The notes below the pieces were generated by a model. It saw only the letters and a list, made by a program, of their open reading frames with translations, did no database searches and was not told where the DNA came from. 64,000 bases of DNA from Promethearchaeota archaeon (GTDB lineage Archaea; Asgardarchaeota; Lokiarchaeia; Sigyniarchaeales; SOKP01): positions 32,001-96,000 of the forward strand of contig JAHPZE010000004.1 of assembly GCA_019058365.1 (NCBI GenBank), given 5' to 3'. Positions within the stretch are counted from its first letter, which is position 1, and every line of letters begins with the position of its first letter. Position numbers and translations under genes: made by a program. Shown here one piece after another: positions 19,479-29,728 of this stretch.

Positions 19479-20723
19479 TCAACCATAATGTTTTTCTTCC
19501 TCTGCTTCACTATCAATAGCATCTTTTTCAATATCTCGACCTTGCCATTTTTCACTTAAAATTTCCTTATAATATTCATGTTGGATAATAAGATTCATAA
19601 TTTCTGTTGTTCCCGTCCATATCTCACCTATTCTAGCATCTCGTAATAATCTTTCCATTGGATAGACAGTTGTATAACCTATTCCTCCTAAAATTTGCAT
19701 TGAATTATTTATAACTTTCCAACACGATTTTGTTGAAAACTTCTTTGATTCGGATACTAATCTTCTTTGAAGTGCGGGTGGTGCTCCAGCATCAATACTT
19801 TTAGCTGTATTATAAACAATAGCTCTTACTGCGTCTAAAAGTGTGATACAATCAGCAATTAAAAAGCTAACTGCTTGAAAATTTCTAATAGGTTGTCCAA
19901 ATGCTTTTCTTTTAGTACTATATTTTGTAGCAATTCTTAAACAAGCGCGAGCCAGACCTATGAAACCCGATGCAGTAGTCAATCGCTCTGGAACCATCAT
20001 TTGATAAAATATTTTTCCACCAGCACCCTCCTCTAAAATAATATTTGCTTTTGGCACTTTAACATTATTAAATTTTATTCTGCCTGCACCACCACCTCTA
20101 GTTCCAAGTATACCATAAATATATTCAGTATTAACACCTTCAGTTCTATCCACTATGAATAAACTTAACGTTTTATGAGGATCTGCTTTTGGATCTATAT
20201 TTGTTTTTGCATAAACTAAAAAGAAATCAGCCCCTTCAGCACCTACAACAAATCGTTTTTCTCCATTCAAATTATAATAATCCCCTTCTTTAACAGCAGT
20301 ACATGTCGCTCCAAAGAAGTCTGAACCTCCTCTTGGTTCAGTTAACGCTTCAGCAGTGAACTTTTTCCCCTCACACATGGGTTTAAGATATTTTTGTTTT
20401 TGTTCCTCTGTCCCAAAAATATTTAATGCTTCACCACATATACTGGGCAAAGAAAATAAACATGCAAGTGAACTTCCTAATACCCCGATTTCTTCTTGAG
20501 CAATTATTTCACTCTCCCAATTCAATCCCCGTCCTCCATATTTTTTTGGGAATCTTATTCCTATTAGATTTTGGTTAGCCAAAGCATTTAACCATTCAGA
20601 GGGATACTGGATTTCATCCTTATCCATTTTTTTTAATAATGAAGGAGGAACGGCAGTTTTTACGAATGTTCGAACTTCTTCTCTAAGCTTTTTGTTCTCT
20701 TCAGTTAATAAATAATCATACAT
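19479..20723 (-). CDS. Acyl-CoA dehydrogenase
   Basis: [60 protein letters not shown]. Confidence 0.93.
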   Translation of the reverse strand: MYDYLLTEENKKLREEVRTFVKTAVPPSLLKKMDKDEIQYPSEWLNALANQNLIGIRFPKKYGGRGLNWESEIIAQEEIGVLGSSLACLFSLPSICGEALNIFGTEEQKQKYLKPMCEGKKFTAEALTEPRGGSDFFGATCTAVKEGDYYNLNGEKRFVVGAEGADFFLVYAKTNIDPKADPHKTLSLFIVDRTEGVNTEYIYGILGTRGGGAGRIKFNNVKVPKANIILEEGAGGKIFYQMMVPERLTTASGFIGLARACLRIATKYSTKRKAFGQPIRNFQAVSFLIADCITLLDAVRAIVYNTAKSIDAGAPPALQRRLVSESKKFSTKSCWKVINNSMQILGGIGYTTVYPMERLLRDARIGEIWTGTTEIMNLIIQHEYYKEILSEKWQGRDIEKDAIDSEAEEEKHYG

Positions 20724-20966
20724 TTTTAATACTCACTTATTGATTTATAATGCGTTCAATTAATGATAGGTTCAATAAAAATAATGATTTAATCCTACTT
20801 ATATTGGTTTACTTTTTTAGGTTAAATTCAAAGTTCCATTGTAGTTCAACATTTTAAACTATATATATTTTAAATTACTTATTATGCACACTGTATAGCA
20901 ATTTATAGCATTCTAAAATTATAAATCTATACTTTAATATCTTAAACTCTTAATAGAGGACTTCCT

Positions 20967-22235
20967 ATGTTCACTAAAATTAAAACTACGTACAGAGAAT
21001 ATCCCAACGCATTTAAAGTGCTGACTCTCGCCACTTTTATTGACATGTTAGGAAGTTTCTTATTATATCCTTTTTATGCACTTTATGTAACCGAACATTT
21101 TGGAGTGGGGATGACTCAAGTTGGATTCCTATTTTCTATTTTCTCAGCGGGAAATATATTCGGTGGAATCCTCGGAGGTGCATTAGCCGATAAATATGGC
21201 CGTCGTGCAATGGTCCTGATTGGATTGGTTGTAAGTGGAACAGGAAGTATTTTTTTGGGATTAGTTAATGATCTGAGGGTATTTTACATTCTCGCGGGTT
21301 TTTTAGGGTTAGTAGGCAATTTTGGAGGCCCAGCACGACAAGCAATGGTAGCAGATTTACTTCCAAAGGAAAAACAAGCAGAAGGATTTGGAATTCTACG
21401 AGTATCTTTTAATCTTTCCGCAACAATCGGGCCTATCCTTGGTGGATTTTTAGCAACCAAATCTTATATGTTATTATTTATTGCGGATGCTGTGAGTAGT
21501 TTAATTACCGCTGTTATTGTATATATGGTTATTCCAGAGACAAAACCCCAAAAACAAGATGATAAACCAGAAGAAACTGTAATGAAAACTATTATAGGAT
21601 ACAAACATGTGTTAAAGGATTGGGTGTTTGTTTTGTTTCTTTCTGTTTCTGCTATAACGGTATTAGTATATATGCAAATGAATAGCACTCTTTCGGTATT
21701 TTTACGGGATGTTCATGGATTCCCTGCACAGAGTTTTGGGTTTTTGTTAAGTATGAATGCCCTTATGGTTGTTTTATTTCAATTCTGGATAACTAGGAAG
21801 ATATCAAAATATGCTCCCATGAAGATAATGGCTTTTGGAACATTGTTTCTTATGATTGGTTTTGGAATGTATGGTTTTATTTCTGAGCCATATCTTTTTT
21901 TCATTGCTATGGCAATAATTACGATAGGAGAAATGATAGTATTCCCAACCGGGCAAAGTGCAGCTGCCTCTTTTGCTCCGGAAGATAAACGAGGACGATA
22001 TATGGCAGTTTATGGTTTCCAATGGATGATCCCGAACCTATTTGGAGTTTTAGCCGCTGGATTGATTATGGACTCTATTGGACCAAATTGGGTGTGGTAT
22101 TTAGCTGGGATTCTCTCTCTATTCTCCATGATAGGATTTTGGTTAATTCATGGGGTCACTAAAGAACGTTTATCAAAAGAAAAAAAACCTAAGAAAGGAG
22201 AATTGCTTGAGTTTAGCGTTCCTTCAATCGAATGA
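20967..22235 (+). CDS. MFS transporter (MdtH-like multidrug family)
   Basis: GGALADKYGRR motif A, PARQAMVADL, APEDKRGRY. Confidence 0.88.
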   Translation: MFTKIKTTYREYPNAFKVLTLATFIDMLGSFLLYPFYALYVTEHFGVGMTQVGFLFSIFSAGNIFGGILGGALADKYGRRAMVLIGLVVSGTGSIFLGLVNDLRVFYILAGFLGLVGNFGGPARQAMVADLLPKEKQAEGFGILRVSFNLSATIGPILGGFLATKSYMLLFIADAVSSLITAVIVYMVIPETKPQKQDDKPEETVMKTIIGYKHVLKDWVFVLFLSVSAITVLVYMQMNSTLSVFLRDVHGFPAQSFGFLLSMNALMVVLFQFWITRKISKYAPMKIMAFGTLFLMIGFGMYGFISEPYLFFIAMAIITIGEMIVFPTGQSAAASFAPEDKRGRYMAVYGFQWMIPNLFGVLAAGLIMDSIGPNWVWYLAGILSLFSMIGFWLIHGVTKERLSKEKKPKKGELLEFSVPSIE

Positions 22236-22307
22236 GAGATTTATATTTTTTTTTAAAATATTGAAGCATTTAATTTTAAGTCAAGAGTTAAAATTAATAA
22301 TTAGTGT

Positions 22308-22329
22308 TCGTGAAACGCATCTTTCACGA
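22308..22329. terminator. Perfect 8-bp inverted repeat between convergent genes (terminator hairpin or protein-binding site)
   Basis: TCGTGAAA-cgcatc-TTTCACGA. Confidence 0.4.
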
Positions 22330-22338
22330 TGAATTTCT

Positions 22339-23493
22339 TTAATTATTTTCAATCTCAAATATAATCTTGAGATATTCATATTTAGAATTAAGCAATTTAA
22401 GAACCCTATCAGCAAAAACTCTAAGGTTTTTTGCATGAATTAGTTTTTCGTCTTTCTGTTCAAGTAAAAACTCATATATCATATTTCTAGTATTATCAGG
22501 ACCGTTTTCTTCTAAGTAATTCATCCAATGAATTGACATCCTACATATTTTTTTTAATTTTTCGGTTGGATACTCCTCTTTATCAAGAATTTTCTTATGA
22601 TATTTATTTATAGCATTACTAACCCTCTCTAAATAATCAGCAGTACCCAATGAATATCGACATAAACTAATAAGATTTGAAGTAATTCTAGAATTTCTTG
22701 TATTAGTTGCTGCTTCGAAAGAAACCCACGCTTCATCCCATTCATCCTTATTTCTACCTACTAGACCATCATTATATAAAGCTACGTTCATTATATCGCT
22801 GAGATCGACATCATGCCCTCTTTTTAATTTTTTATTAAAAATCTCTCCAAGCTTAGTTCCTTCAAGATAACTTCCTGCTCCAAAATCGAGTAATTGATTT
22901 AAATTATTTGCGGCGCAAAGTGCTTCATATCTTATTTCACCTGTGTCTGGGTTAGTCCACTGAACAGTTTTTTCAAATTCTCCCGTTTCCTTATTTTTTA
23001 TCCAACCCATTTCTCTTAATACATGTTCTAATAAATGAATTTTAAATACCCAGAAATCCAAATCATCTGTGAAGCGTTTTCTCCTCCAATCTCTTGATGT
23101 GTACTTACCTAAATATAGTTTTAACGTTCCTCGAATTAGAGAAAATTTACCATCTTTAATTGCATCACATGCATCCTTAAAATAAGTATGCTTAGGATCT
23201 TTTGATATTTCGACAATTCTATTTATTATTTCTCTAGCTTCTCCAGCAACTACATCACATGGTATCCGTCCATCAGAAGGATATGCCCTTGATCCTCCAT
23301 TTAGAAACTTTTTAAATAAATCCAATTCATCTTCAGGAATTTTATACCATGGATTATTAAACATAATCTTAGAGAATATGTAATGAGTGAACCCGTTTTC
23401 ATCTATTGTAGTTTTTTTTATTAAAGGAGAGACATCTCTTAGATTATCTCCTTTATGTACAGCATCTGCTCTAGTATCCCAAACTGAAGTCAT
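22339..23493 (-). CDS. Uncharacterised protein with a Pol-beta-superfamily nucleotidyltransferase-like core
   Basis: LIRGTLKLYL...RFTDDLDF resembles the GG..L...R.T.DLDF motif; KLKRGHDVDLSDI resembles KL..R.KD..D. Confidence 0.5.
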   Translation of the reverse strand: MTSVWDTRADAVHKGDNLRDVSPLIKKTTIDENGFTHYIFSKIMFNNPWYKIPEDELDLFKKFLNGGSRAYPSDGRIPCDVVAGEAREIINRIVEISKDPKHTYFKDACDAIKDGKFSLIRGTLKLYLGKYTSRDWRRKRFTDDLDFWVFKIHLLEHVLREMGWIKNKETGEFEKTVQWTNPDTGEIRYEALCAANNLNQLLDFGAGSYLEGTKLGEIFNKKLKRGHDVDLSDIMNVALYNDGLVGRNKDEWDEAWVSFEAATNTRNSRITSNLISLCRYSLGTADYLERVSNAINKYHKKILDKEEYPTEKLKKICRMSIHWMNYLEENGPDNTRNMIYEFLLEQKDEKLIHAKNLRVFADRVLKLLNSKYEYLKIIFEIENN

Positions 23494-23610
23494 ACGAGAT
23501 ATTATATTGAATGTAATTTTTAAAAATTGCTAATTTAAAATATAAAATTAATTTTTAAACATAGAATCTATTGGTAATATATCATGTAATATAAAAAAAC
23601 ATAAAAGAAA

Positions 23611-24291
23611 ATGAATTTATTTAAAGTTTTTACATTAACTCCTTGGGATTCGCTCAATTCAGATACTTTAACAGAAATTAAATTATATTCATTGAAAAAT
23701 ATATTTAAGACGTTTCCTGTAATTGAACCCGAGTTTTTTGATGATTTACTCTCACATTTGTATAAATTCAAACACTATTCATGGGTTGAGAGCATTAAAA
23801 GAATTGTTGGACCTAGTGATGAAGATTATGATATAAAGCCTTGGAATCTAATGTGGGGTATGGATAATGAAAGACGAATATTCCAATTCTTATTTCAAAA
23901 AGTAAAAGATGAACTTAAAGATTCACAAGCAACACTGGTAGCATTAGCACCACCAGAATTAGGGAAATTATTTACTCAATATAAAGAAGAAGCGATCTTA
24001 AGAACTTTATCTTTACTCAATACTCCTAAGAAAATGAAATTCTTGATGATCTTAGCACCTAAAGGAAAATCTATTGCCGAAGAACAACAACTACTCCATA
24101 TAAATAAGGAAGATTTAGAAAACCTCAAGTTTAATAAAATACTCAAACAAATGCCAAATATTAAAGGGGAGTGGATCTTAACTCATTCCCCATGTTGTTC
24201 CAACTGTAAAAGAGAGATTACAGAGATAAAGGGCTTGAATGTGGAGTTTCTTAAATTTAAATGTCCTTATTGTGGGCATCAGAATGATTGA
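23611..24291 (+). CDS. Hypothetical protein with C-terminal zinc ribbon
   Basis: 226 aa ORF; CSNC...CPYCG at the C-terminus. Confidence 0.7.
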   Translation: MNLFKVFTLTPWDSLNSDTLTEIKLYSLKNIFKTFPVIEPEFFDDLLSHLYKFKHYSWVESIKRIVGPSDEDYDIKPWNLMWGMDNERRIFQFLFQKVKDELKDSQATLVALAPPELGKLFTQYKEEAILRTLSLLNTPKKMKFLMILAPKGKSIAEEQQLLHINKEDLENLKFNKILKQMPNIKGEWILTHSPCCSNCKREITEIKGLNVEFLKFKCPYCGHQND

Positions 24292-24346
24292 CTTATTTTC
24301 ACTTTCGTATAATACTACAAAGATACAAAGGGATTTTCGCGACACG

Positions 24347-24796
24347 TTAACGAGATTTCGTGATACGTTTTCTTTCTTTATAAATTCCTATTATTGAGAG
24401 AATTATACTTATGGAATACCCAAATAAGGAAATAGGTATGACAATAAAAGATATAAGGCTATATATAAAAACTGAAGCGAGTAATACTAAAGTAGCTGTA
24501 ATAACCAGCTCACTATGATAAAAATTTTTACGTTTTAGGTATATTCCTTCAAAAAGCATCATTATGGTAAAAACTACTGCGGAACCAGTTAAAAATACGG
24601 TATAGAAAGAGCTATCGAAAAAAAGGGTTGTAATATATTCATGAGTACGGGGGATAAAAATGTAGAATCCAAAAGACCAATGAATGAAATCACCAACATC
24701 AAATCCTATAGCTTGGCTTACATGGGTTGGAAAGATTAATGCTAGTGTTGTACACAATGAAGCCATATAGAAATAGCCACAAGGCTTTTCTTTCAT
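24347..24796 (-). CDS. Hypothetical membrane protein (about 4 TM helices)
   Basis: 149 aa, mostly hydrophobic segments. Confidence 0.6.
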   Translation of the reverse strand: MKEKPCGYFYMASLCTTLALIFPTHVSQAIGFDVGDFIHWSFGFYIFIPRTHEYITTLFFDSSFYTVFLTGSAVVFTIMMLFEGIYLKRKNFYHSELVITATLVLLASVFIYSLISFIVIPISLFGYSISIILSIIGIYKERKRITKSR

Positions 24797-25007
24797 TGAA
24801 GATCTCTAGTTTTGCATATATTATTCTTTGCTTTATACTTATCAAACCTATCTTTATATATGTTTCTGTTGTCAGGGTACACTATTCAGATTAATGTGAT
24901 ACGTTATTTTTAAGGAATTTGGAATAATTAGAAGTTTAAAAATTTGAGTTTTAAGATAATTTTATACACATTCCTTTAAAGAGAATGTTAAAAAAAGGAG
25001 TGAATTG

Positions 25008-25250
25008 ATGGGGAGGAAGAAGAAATTCGGGGAAGAGTCGGATTTTGTGAGCGTTCGAGTTCCAAAGAGCAAGAGATAAGAATATAGAACTTCAATTAAC
25101 CATTTTGTAGAGAAAAAATTTGCGAGTGACTCGGATACTACTAGTTCTAATTCCACTATCAATCTTAATAAAAAAAGTTTAGATTGGTTTCGGAAATTTG
25201 AGGAATTTATACAAGAGCTCAAGAAAGAAGTGACAGAAAAGAGAAAATAA
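25008..25250 (+). pseudogene. RHH-like DNA-binding protein with an internal stop
   Basis: AGGAGTGA upstream; MGRKKKFGEESDFVSVRVPKSKR* (TAA 25077-25079); frame continues to TAA ending at 25250. Confidence 0.6.
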
Positions 25251-25258
25251 AAGAAATA

Positions 25259-25426
25259 AATTTTAAACCCTTTGAGGCAGTTTTAAGAATAATTTCTCAA
25301 GTTCGATGTAATCTTTTTCATGGGGAAAAGTTAATTTCAGAAGGAATCCAAATTAAAAGGGATAAAACATTAATTAAAGCAAGTATTTCAATTTTAGAAA
25401 TGCTTCTTAAGCAAATAATAAGTTAA
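25259..25426 (+). pseudogene. C-terminal fragment of a HEPN-domain protein
   Basis: LRIISQVRCNLFHGEK carries the R-x4-H HEPN motif; followed by KRDKTLIKASISILEMLL; no evident start. Confidence 0.62.
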
Positions 25427-25500
25427 ATTTTAAAATAATAGAAGATAGCTAAATTCTCCTTATAATTCTCTAAAATAAAATTTTATCCTAAAACAATCTT

Positions 25501-25614
25501 GAATATTCACCGCGTTGTCTAAACTGCTATGAAATGATTATAGAGATAAAGGGTTTGAATGTTGGGTTTCTTAAATTTAAATATCCTTATTGTGGGTCCC
25601 AGAAATTAAAGTAA
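25501..25614 (+). pseudogene. Displaced 3' end of the 23611-24291 gene
   Basis: EYSPRCLNCYEMIIEIKGLNVGFLKFKYPYCGSQKLK* vs THSPCCSNCKREITEIKGLNVEFLKFKCPYCGHQND*; one Zn ligand changed C to Y. Confidence 0.88.
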
Positions 25615-25713
25615 AGAAGTTTTTACTAATAAAATCCTTTATAATGATTTTTATAAGATAATCTGATATATATCTTATTAATAAAACTAATATTAATATA
25701 AAAAATTTCAATT

Positions 25714-27237
25714 ATGTTTGTTGCTGCGTTAGATTTAGGAACAACTGGATGTAGAACATTTATTTTTGATTTAGCAGGTACGATAATTGCGAGTGATTAT
25801 CAAGAATGGCAAAGTTACTATCCTTCTCCATCATTTGTAGAACAGGATGCAAATACTTGGTGGGAATCAATTAAAAAAACCACAGAACGAGCAATTAAAA
25901 AAAGTGGTATTGATAAAACGGATATTGTAAGTCTTTCTGTTACCAATCAGCGTGAAACCATTGTACCTGTTGACAAAGAGGGCACACCTCTTCATAATGC
26001 TTTAGTTTGGCAGGACAGAAGAACAATAGATCAAGTAGAATACATAAAATTAAAAATTGGTATAGACAAAATTTATGAAACTACAGGATTAACTATTGAT
26101 CCTTATTTTTCTGCGACAAAAATTCTATGGTTTAAAGATAAAAAGCCAGAGATATATAAAAAAACTCATAAATTTTTGCTTGTTTCGGATTTTATCATTC
26201 ACAAATTAACAGGAAGTTATTATACAGATTTTTCAAATGCTTCACGAACAATGTTATTCGATATCAATAAATTAGCATATTCAGAAGAAATTGCATCTGA
26301 ATTGGAAATAGATTTAGATAAAATGCCAGATGCTTTAGAATGTGGAGTTGATATAGGTGAAATTGTTACTGAGGAAACTCTATTTGATAAAAAGACATTA
26401 GTCGTAACTGGTGCTGGAGATCAGCAATCTGCCGCCCTAGGTGTGGGAGTTGTTTCTCCTGGAGAAATTAAATGCACTACGGGAACGGGAAGTTTTATTT
26501 TAGCCTTTCTATCTCAACCTAAATTCGATCCAGAAAAACGAGTCTTATGTAGTTGTCATGCAGTTCCAGGCACTTGGGTACAAGAAGCAAGTATTTTTAC
26601 CACTGGAGCTGTATTGAGGTGGTTTAGAGATAAAGTAGGATATGCAGAATGTGTAGCGGCTCAAGAGGGTCAAGATCCTTATGATTTAATCACCGCAGAA
26701 GCAGAGACATCACCTATTGGGGCAAATGGATTAATTCTTATTCCCCATTTTGTCGGTGCTGGAGCACCTCATTGGAATCCGCTTGCGAAGGGGATAATTT
26801 TTGGATTAGCATTAGGACATGAACGTAAGGATCTTTATAGAGCTGTACTTGAGGGCGTAGCCTTCGAAATACGAAAAAATATTGAAGTATTTAAACAATT
26901 GGGAATTGAGCCGAAAGAATTAATGTTAACTGGAGGAGGCTCTCGCTCTGATTTTTGGAACCAGATTTATGCTGATGTATTAGGAATCACATGTGTTAGG
27001 AATATTATTGAAGAATCTACGTCACTAGGAGCTGCAATATTAGCCGCTTCAGGAGCAGGAATTTTTCCGGATATTTCAAAAGCAGCCGAAAATTTATGCA
27101 AAGTTGATAAAAAATGGCTTCCCAATGATGAACGACATATATTTTATGAAAAATTATATAATTTTTCATATGATCTATACGAACTTATTAACAGCAAAAA
27201 TTTATATCAAAAATTCAATGATATAAATTTAAAATAA
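25714..27237 (+). CDS. FGGY-family carbohydrate kinase (xylulokinase/glycerol kinase-like)
   Basis: DLGTTG, TNQRET, WQDRRT, SNASRTM, GDQQ, TTGTGSF, LEGVAF, GGG. Confidence 0.9.
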   Translation: MFVAALDLGTTGCRTFIFDLAGTIIASDYQEWQSYYPSPSFVEQDANTWWESIKKTTERAIKKSGIDKTDIVSLSVTNQRETIVPVDKEGTPLHNALVWQDRRTIDQVEYIKLKIGIDKIYETTGLTIDPYFSATKILWFKDKKPEIYKKTHKFLLVSDFIIHKLTGSYYTDFSNASRTMLFDINKLAYSEEIASELEIDLDKMPDALECGVDIGEIVTEETLFDKKTLVVTGAGDQQSAALGVGVVSPGEIKCTTGTGSFILAFLSQPKFDPEKRVLCSCHAVPGTWVQEASIFTTGAVLRWFRDKVGYAECVAAQEGQDPYDLITAEAETSPIGANGLILIPHFVGAGAPHWNPLAKGIIFGLALGHERKDLYRAVLEGVAFEIRKNIEVFKQLGIEPKELMLTGGGSRSDFWNQIYADVLGITCVRNIIEESTSLGAAILAASGAGIFPDISKAAENLCKVDKKWLPNDERHIFYEKLYNFSYDLYELINSKNLYQKFNDINLK

Positions 27238-27387
27238 AGATTTTGAATGAGAACAAGACTTTCCTCATAATAATCAATTTTATATATGTTAAATGTTATG
27301 TTTTAGATAATCAAAATTTCTTAGTATTATATGGAGTAAAAGTTCTTCTATAATACAGAAAGAATTAATGAGGAAAGAATATATAGT

Positions 27388-28005
27388 GTGAAAAAAATGG
27401 AATATAATTCTTCAAGTATAGTGAAAGAATTTTCAAAGAATCAAAAAACAGTAGCTTTAATATTTTACATATTAATTGTTGGTGCGAGTTTAGTTACTAT
27501 AGGTGGTGTAGTATGGACCTTTGCAGATATCTTTATCGGAACAACTGGAAAATGGTACTTATTTTCAACACTTAATTTAGGATATCAGATAGCCATTATT
27601 GGAGGACTTTTAGCAGGCTTATTTTTCCTTTTGATTTTCTTTTTTGGTTTATTTAAGAAGACTTCAAAATCATTGATAAACTTTATTTATAGAAAGAGGG
27701 AACTTGAGCAAAAATATAAAGATCGTATTGACGTAAAAATTGCAGCTGGTGGATTAATAATTAGTTTACTAGCTATTATTATTGGGGTAATTTTTGCAGT
27801 CATCTTAGATATAATTAATGTTTATGAAGGAGGGTCCTCTTCTCTGCTGACTTTATTAGGAAGTACGGGGCCATGGGTTTTATTTATTGGAATTGCACTT
27901 TTTTCAATTGTAGGTGTTTCACTGTTTATGGTCTATTTCTGGAAGAACGGATTTTACCTTATTTTAAGACTTATTGGCGTTATTGAAAAAGAGCAAAAGA
28001 AATAA
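27388..28005 (+). CDS. Hypothetical 4-TM membrane protein
   Basis: Two similar pairs of hydrophobic helices, ending in FKK and FWKN respectively. Confidence 0.7.
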   Translation: MKKMEYNSSSIVKEFSKNQKTVALIFYILIVGASLVTIGGVVWTFADIFIGTTGKWYLFSTLNLGYQIAIIGGLLAGLFFLLIFFFGLFKKTSKSLINFIYRKRELEQKYKDRIDVKIAAGGLIISLLAIIIGVIFAVILDIINVYEGGSSSLLTLLGSTGPWVLFIGIALFSIVGVSLFMVYFWKNGFYLILRLIGVIEKEQKK

Positions 28006-28126
28006 TAAGCTTTACAATCTTGGTTAAATCAGAAATTTTGTGCTCTTATATTTTTTTTATTTGATTGTATTATCTAATAATGTCAAACCATTATTTTAAT
28101 CGATTTTATAACGTCTTCTTGATAAT

Positions 28127-29653
28127 ATGGCAATTAAAGTTGGTACTGTATTTAATTACTTACAATTACCCAATGTATCTAAATTCCCTTTTGTGATAAA
28201 TAAAAGGCAAGATGGAATATTTATTCAAAAGGGACTATTTGTGAATACAAAATCTAATGAAGGATTTTTAATTGGCGTTATTGAAGAAATTGTCTTACTA
28301 AATGAATACTTTACTGATGCTTTAACAATTAAAGCCTATAACAATAATAACAATCCTAACTTCATTAAAGGGCTTTTTCCAAGTAAAGATTTTGAATTTG
28401 CGATTGCAATTGTAAATTGTTTAGGTTTAATTAAGTTTAAAGATGAAAGCATAAAAGAAATCGAGAGAGTTCAACGCATGACTTACCCTGCTAGTCCTGG
28501 AGAAGGAGTTTATATTGTAGAAGAAGAAATTCTTCATAAATTTCTTGGATTTGATACTAAGTATGGTTTAAATTTAGGATTTGTAAAAGTAACAAATTCT
28601 AATGCGAAAGTTAACATGAATAGATTATTAAATAAACATTTTGCTATTCTCTCAATTTCAGGAGGAGGAAAAAGTTATCTGACATCAGTCCTTATCGAAG
28701 AATTATTATCTAGAAAAGAGGATTATGGTACTCCCGCTATCATATTATTTGATGTCCATGGTGAATATATATATTTAAAAGATATCCCTGAATTAAAAGA
28801 TAAAATTAAAATCCAAGATATTTCTTATTTTCAAATCGGAATGTCTAACTTATCAGTATATTCCTTAAAGAAATATCAAGAGCAAATTTCACATGTTCAA
28901 GTTAGAGAACTCTCAAAATATATAAAAACATTAAATAAAGATAAAGATAAAAAAAATAAATATACAATAAATGACATAATCGAACAGATTGAAAAAGAAT
29001 CTGATGGAAATCGAAGTACAAAACAAGCATTAGTGGGCTGGTTATCAGAATTAGAAAGATTACATCTATTTGGTCCTCAAGAAAATCCAATATTAGACAA
29101 GGTTGTGAATAACCAAGAAATTACAATATTTAACTTTCAAAAAGAAATAAGCATTAGAAAAAAACAAATTATTGTTGATTATATTTGTAATAGGCTCTTT
29201 CACTTACGTAGAATGAGCAATATTCCCCCATTTCTATTAATTGTAGAAGAAGCTCATCAATTTTGCCCTGAAGCTGCCCATGCAAAAGCAATCTCAAAAC
29301 CCATCATTGAGATGATTGCTAGAGAAGGAAGAAAATTCATGGCTTGTTTATGTCTAATTAGTCAGAGACCAAAAAAATTAAGTACTACCGCTTTATCACA
29401 ATGTAATTCTAAATTAGTTTTAAGTTTAAAAAATCCATATGATTTAAAACATCTTATGGACAGTTCAGAAGCAATTACAAAAGAATATGCAAGTATGATA
29501 TCTAGTTTAGGTGTAGGAGAAATGGTAATAATGGGAAACGCCGTTAACTATCCAGTATTCGTTGATGTGAGGCAGAGAAAATTTAAATCAAGAAACGAGG
29601 AGATTTCTTTAGCTCAATTTTGTTTAAATTGGCAAAAAAAAGAATTAAACTAA
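28127..29653 (+). CDS. herA: HerA/FtsK-family ATPase (DUF87)
   Basis: KHFAILSISGGGKS, DVHGEY, VEEAHQFCPE, IAREGRKF, SQRP. Confidence 0.85.
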   Translation: MAIKVGTVFNYLQLPNVSKFPFVINKRQDGIFIQKGLFVNTKSNEGFLIGVIEEIVLLNEYFTDALTIKAYNNNNNPNFIKGLFPSKDFEFAIAIVNCLGLIKFKDESIKEIERVQRMTYPASPGEGVYIVEEEILHKFLGFDTKYGLNLGFVKVTNSNAKVNMNRLLNKHFAILSISGGGKSYLTSVLIEELLSRKEDYGTPAIILFDVHGEYIYLKDIPELKDKIKIQDISYFQIGMSNLSVYSLKKYQEQISHVQVRELSKYIKTLNKDKDKKNKYTINDIIEQIEKESDGNRSTKQALVGWLSELERLHLFGPQENPILDKVVNNQEITIFNFQKEISIRKKQIIVDYICNRLFHLRRMSNIPPFLLIVEEAHQFCPEAAHAKAISKPIIEMIAREGRKFMACLCLISQRPKKLSTTALSQCNSKLVLSLKNPYDLKHLMDSSEAITKEYASMISSLGVGEMVIMGNAVNYPVFVDVRQRKFKSRNEEISLAQFCLNWQKKELN

Positions 29654-29728
29654 ACCAGAATATAATCCTTTTAATAATTACAAATTAAAATTATTAAAAA
29701 TGACGTATAGATCTCGATACTCTTCAAA

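Larger units (their letters stand above)
24292..25500. mobile_element. Island C: decayed island at the 3' end of the zinc-ribbon gene
   Basis: Bounded by duplicated 3' ends (24222-24276 vs 25542-25596, 51/55 nt); contains pseudogenes. Confidence 0.72.

Noticed and set aside
24181-25614. Diversity-generating retroelement VR/TR pair
   Set aside because: Mismatches are not confined to adenines of one copy (C/T and G/T changes occur) and no reverse transcriptase is in the window.
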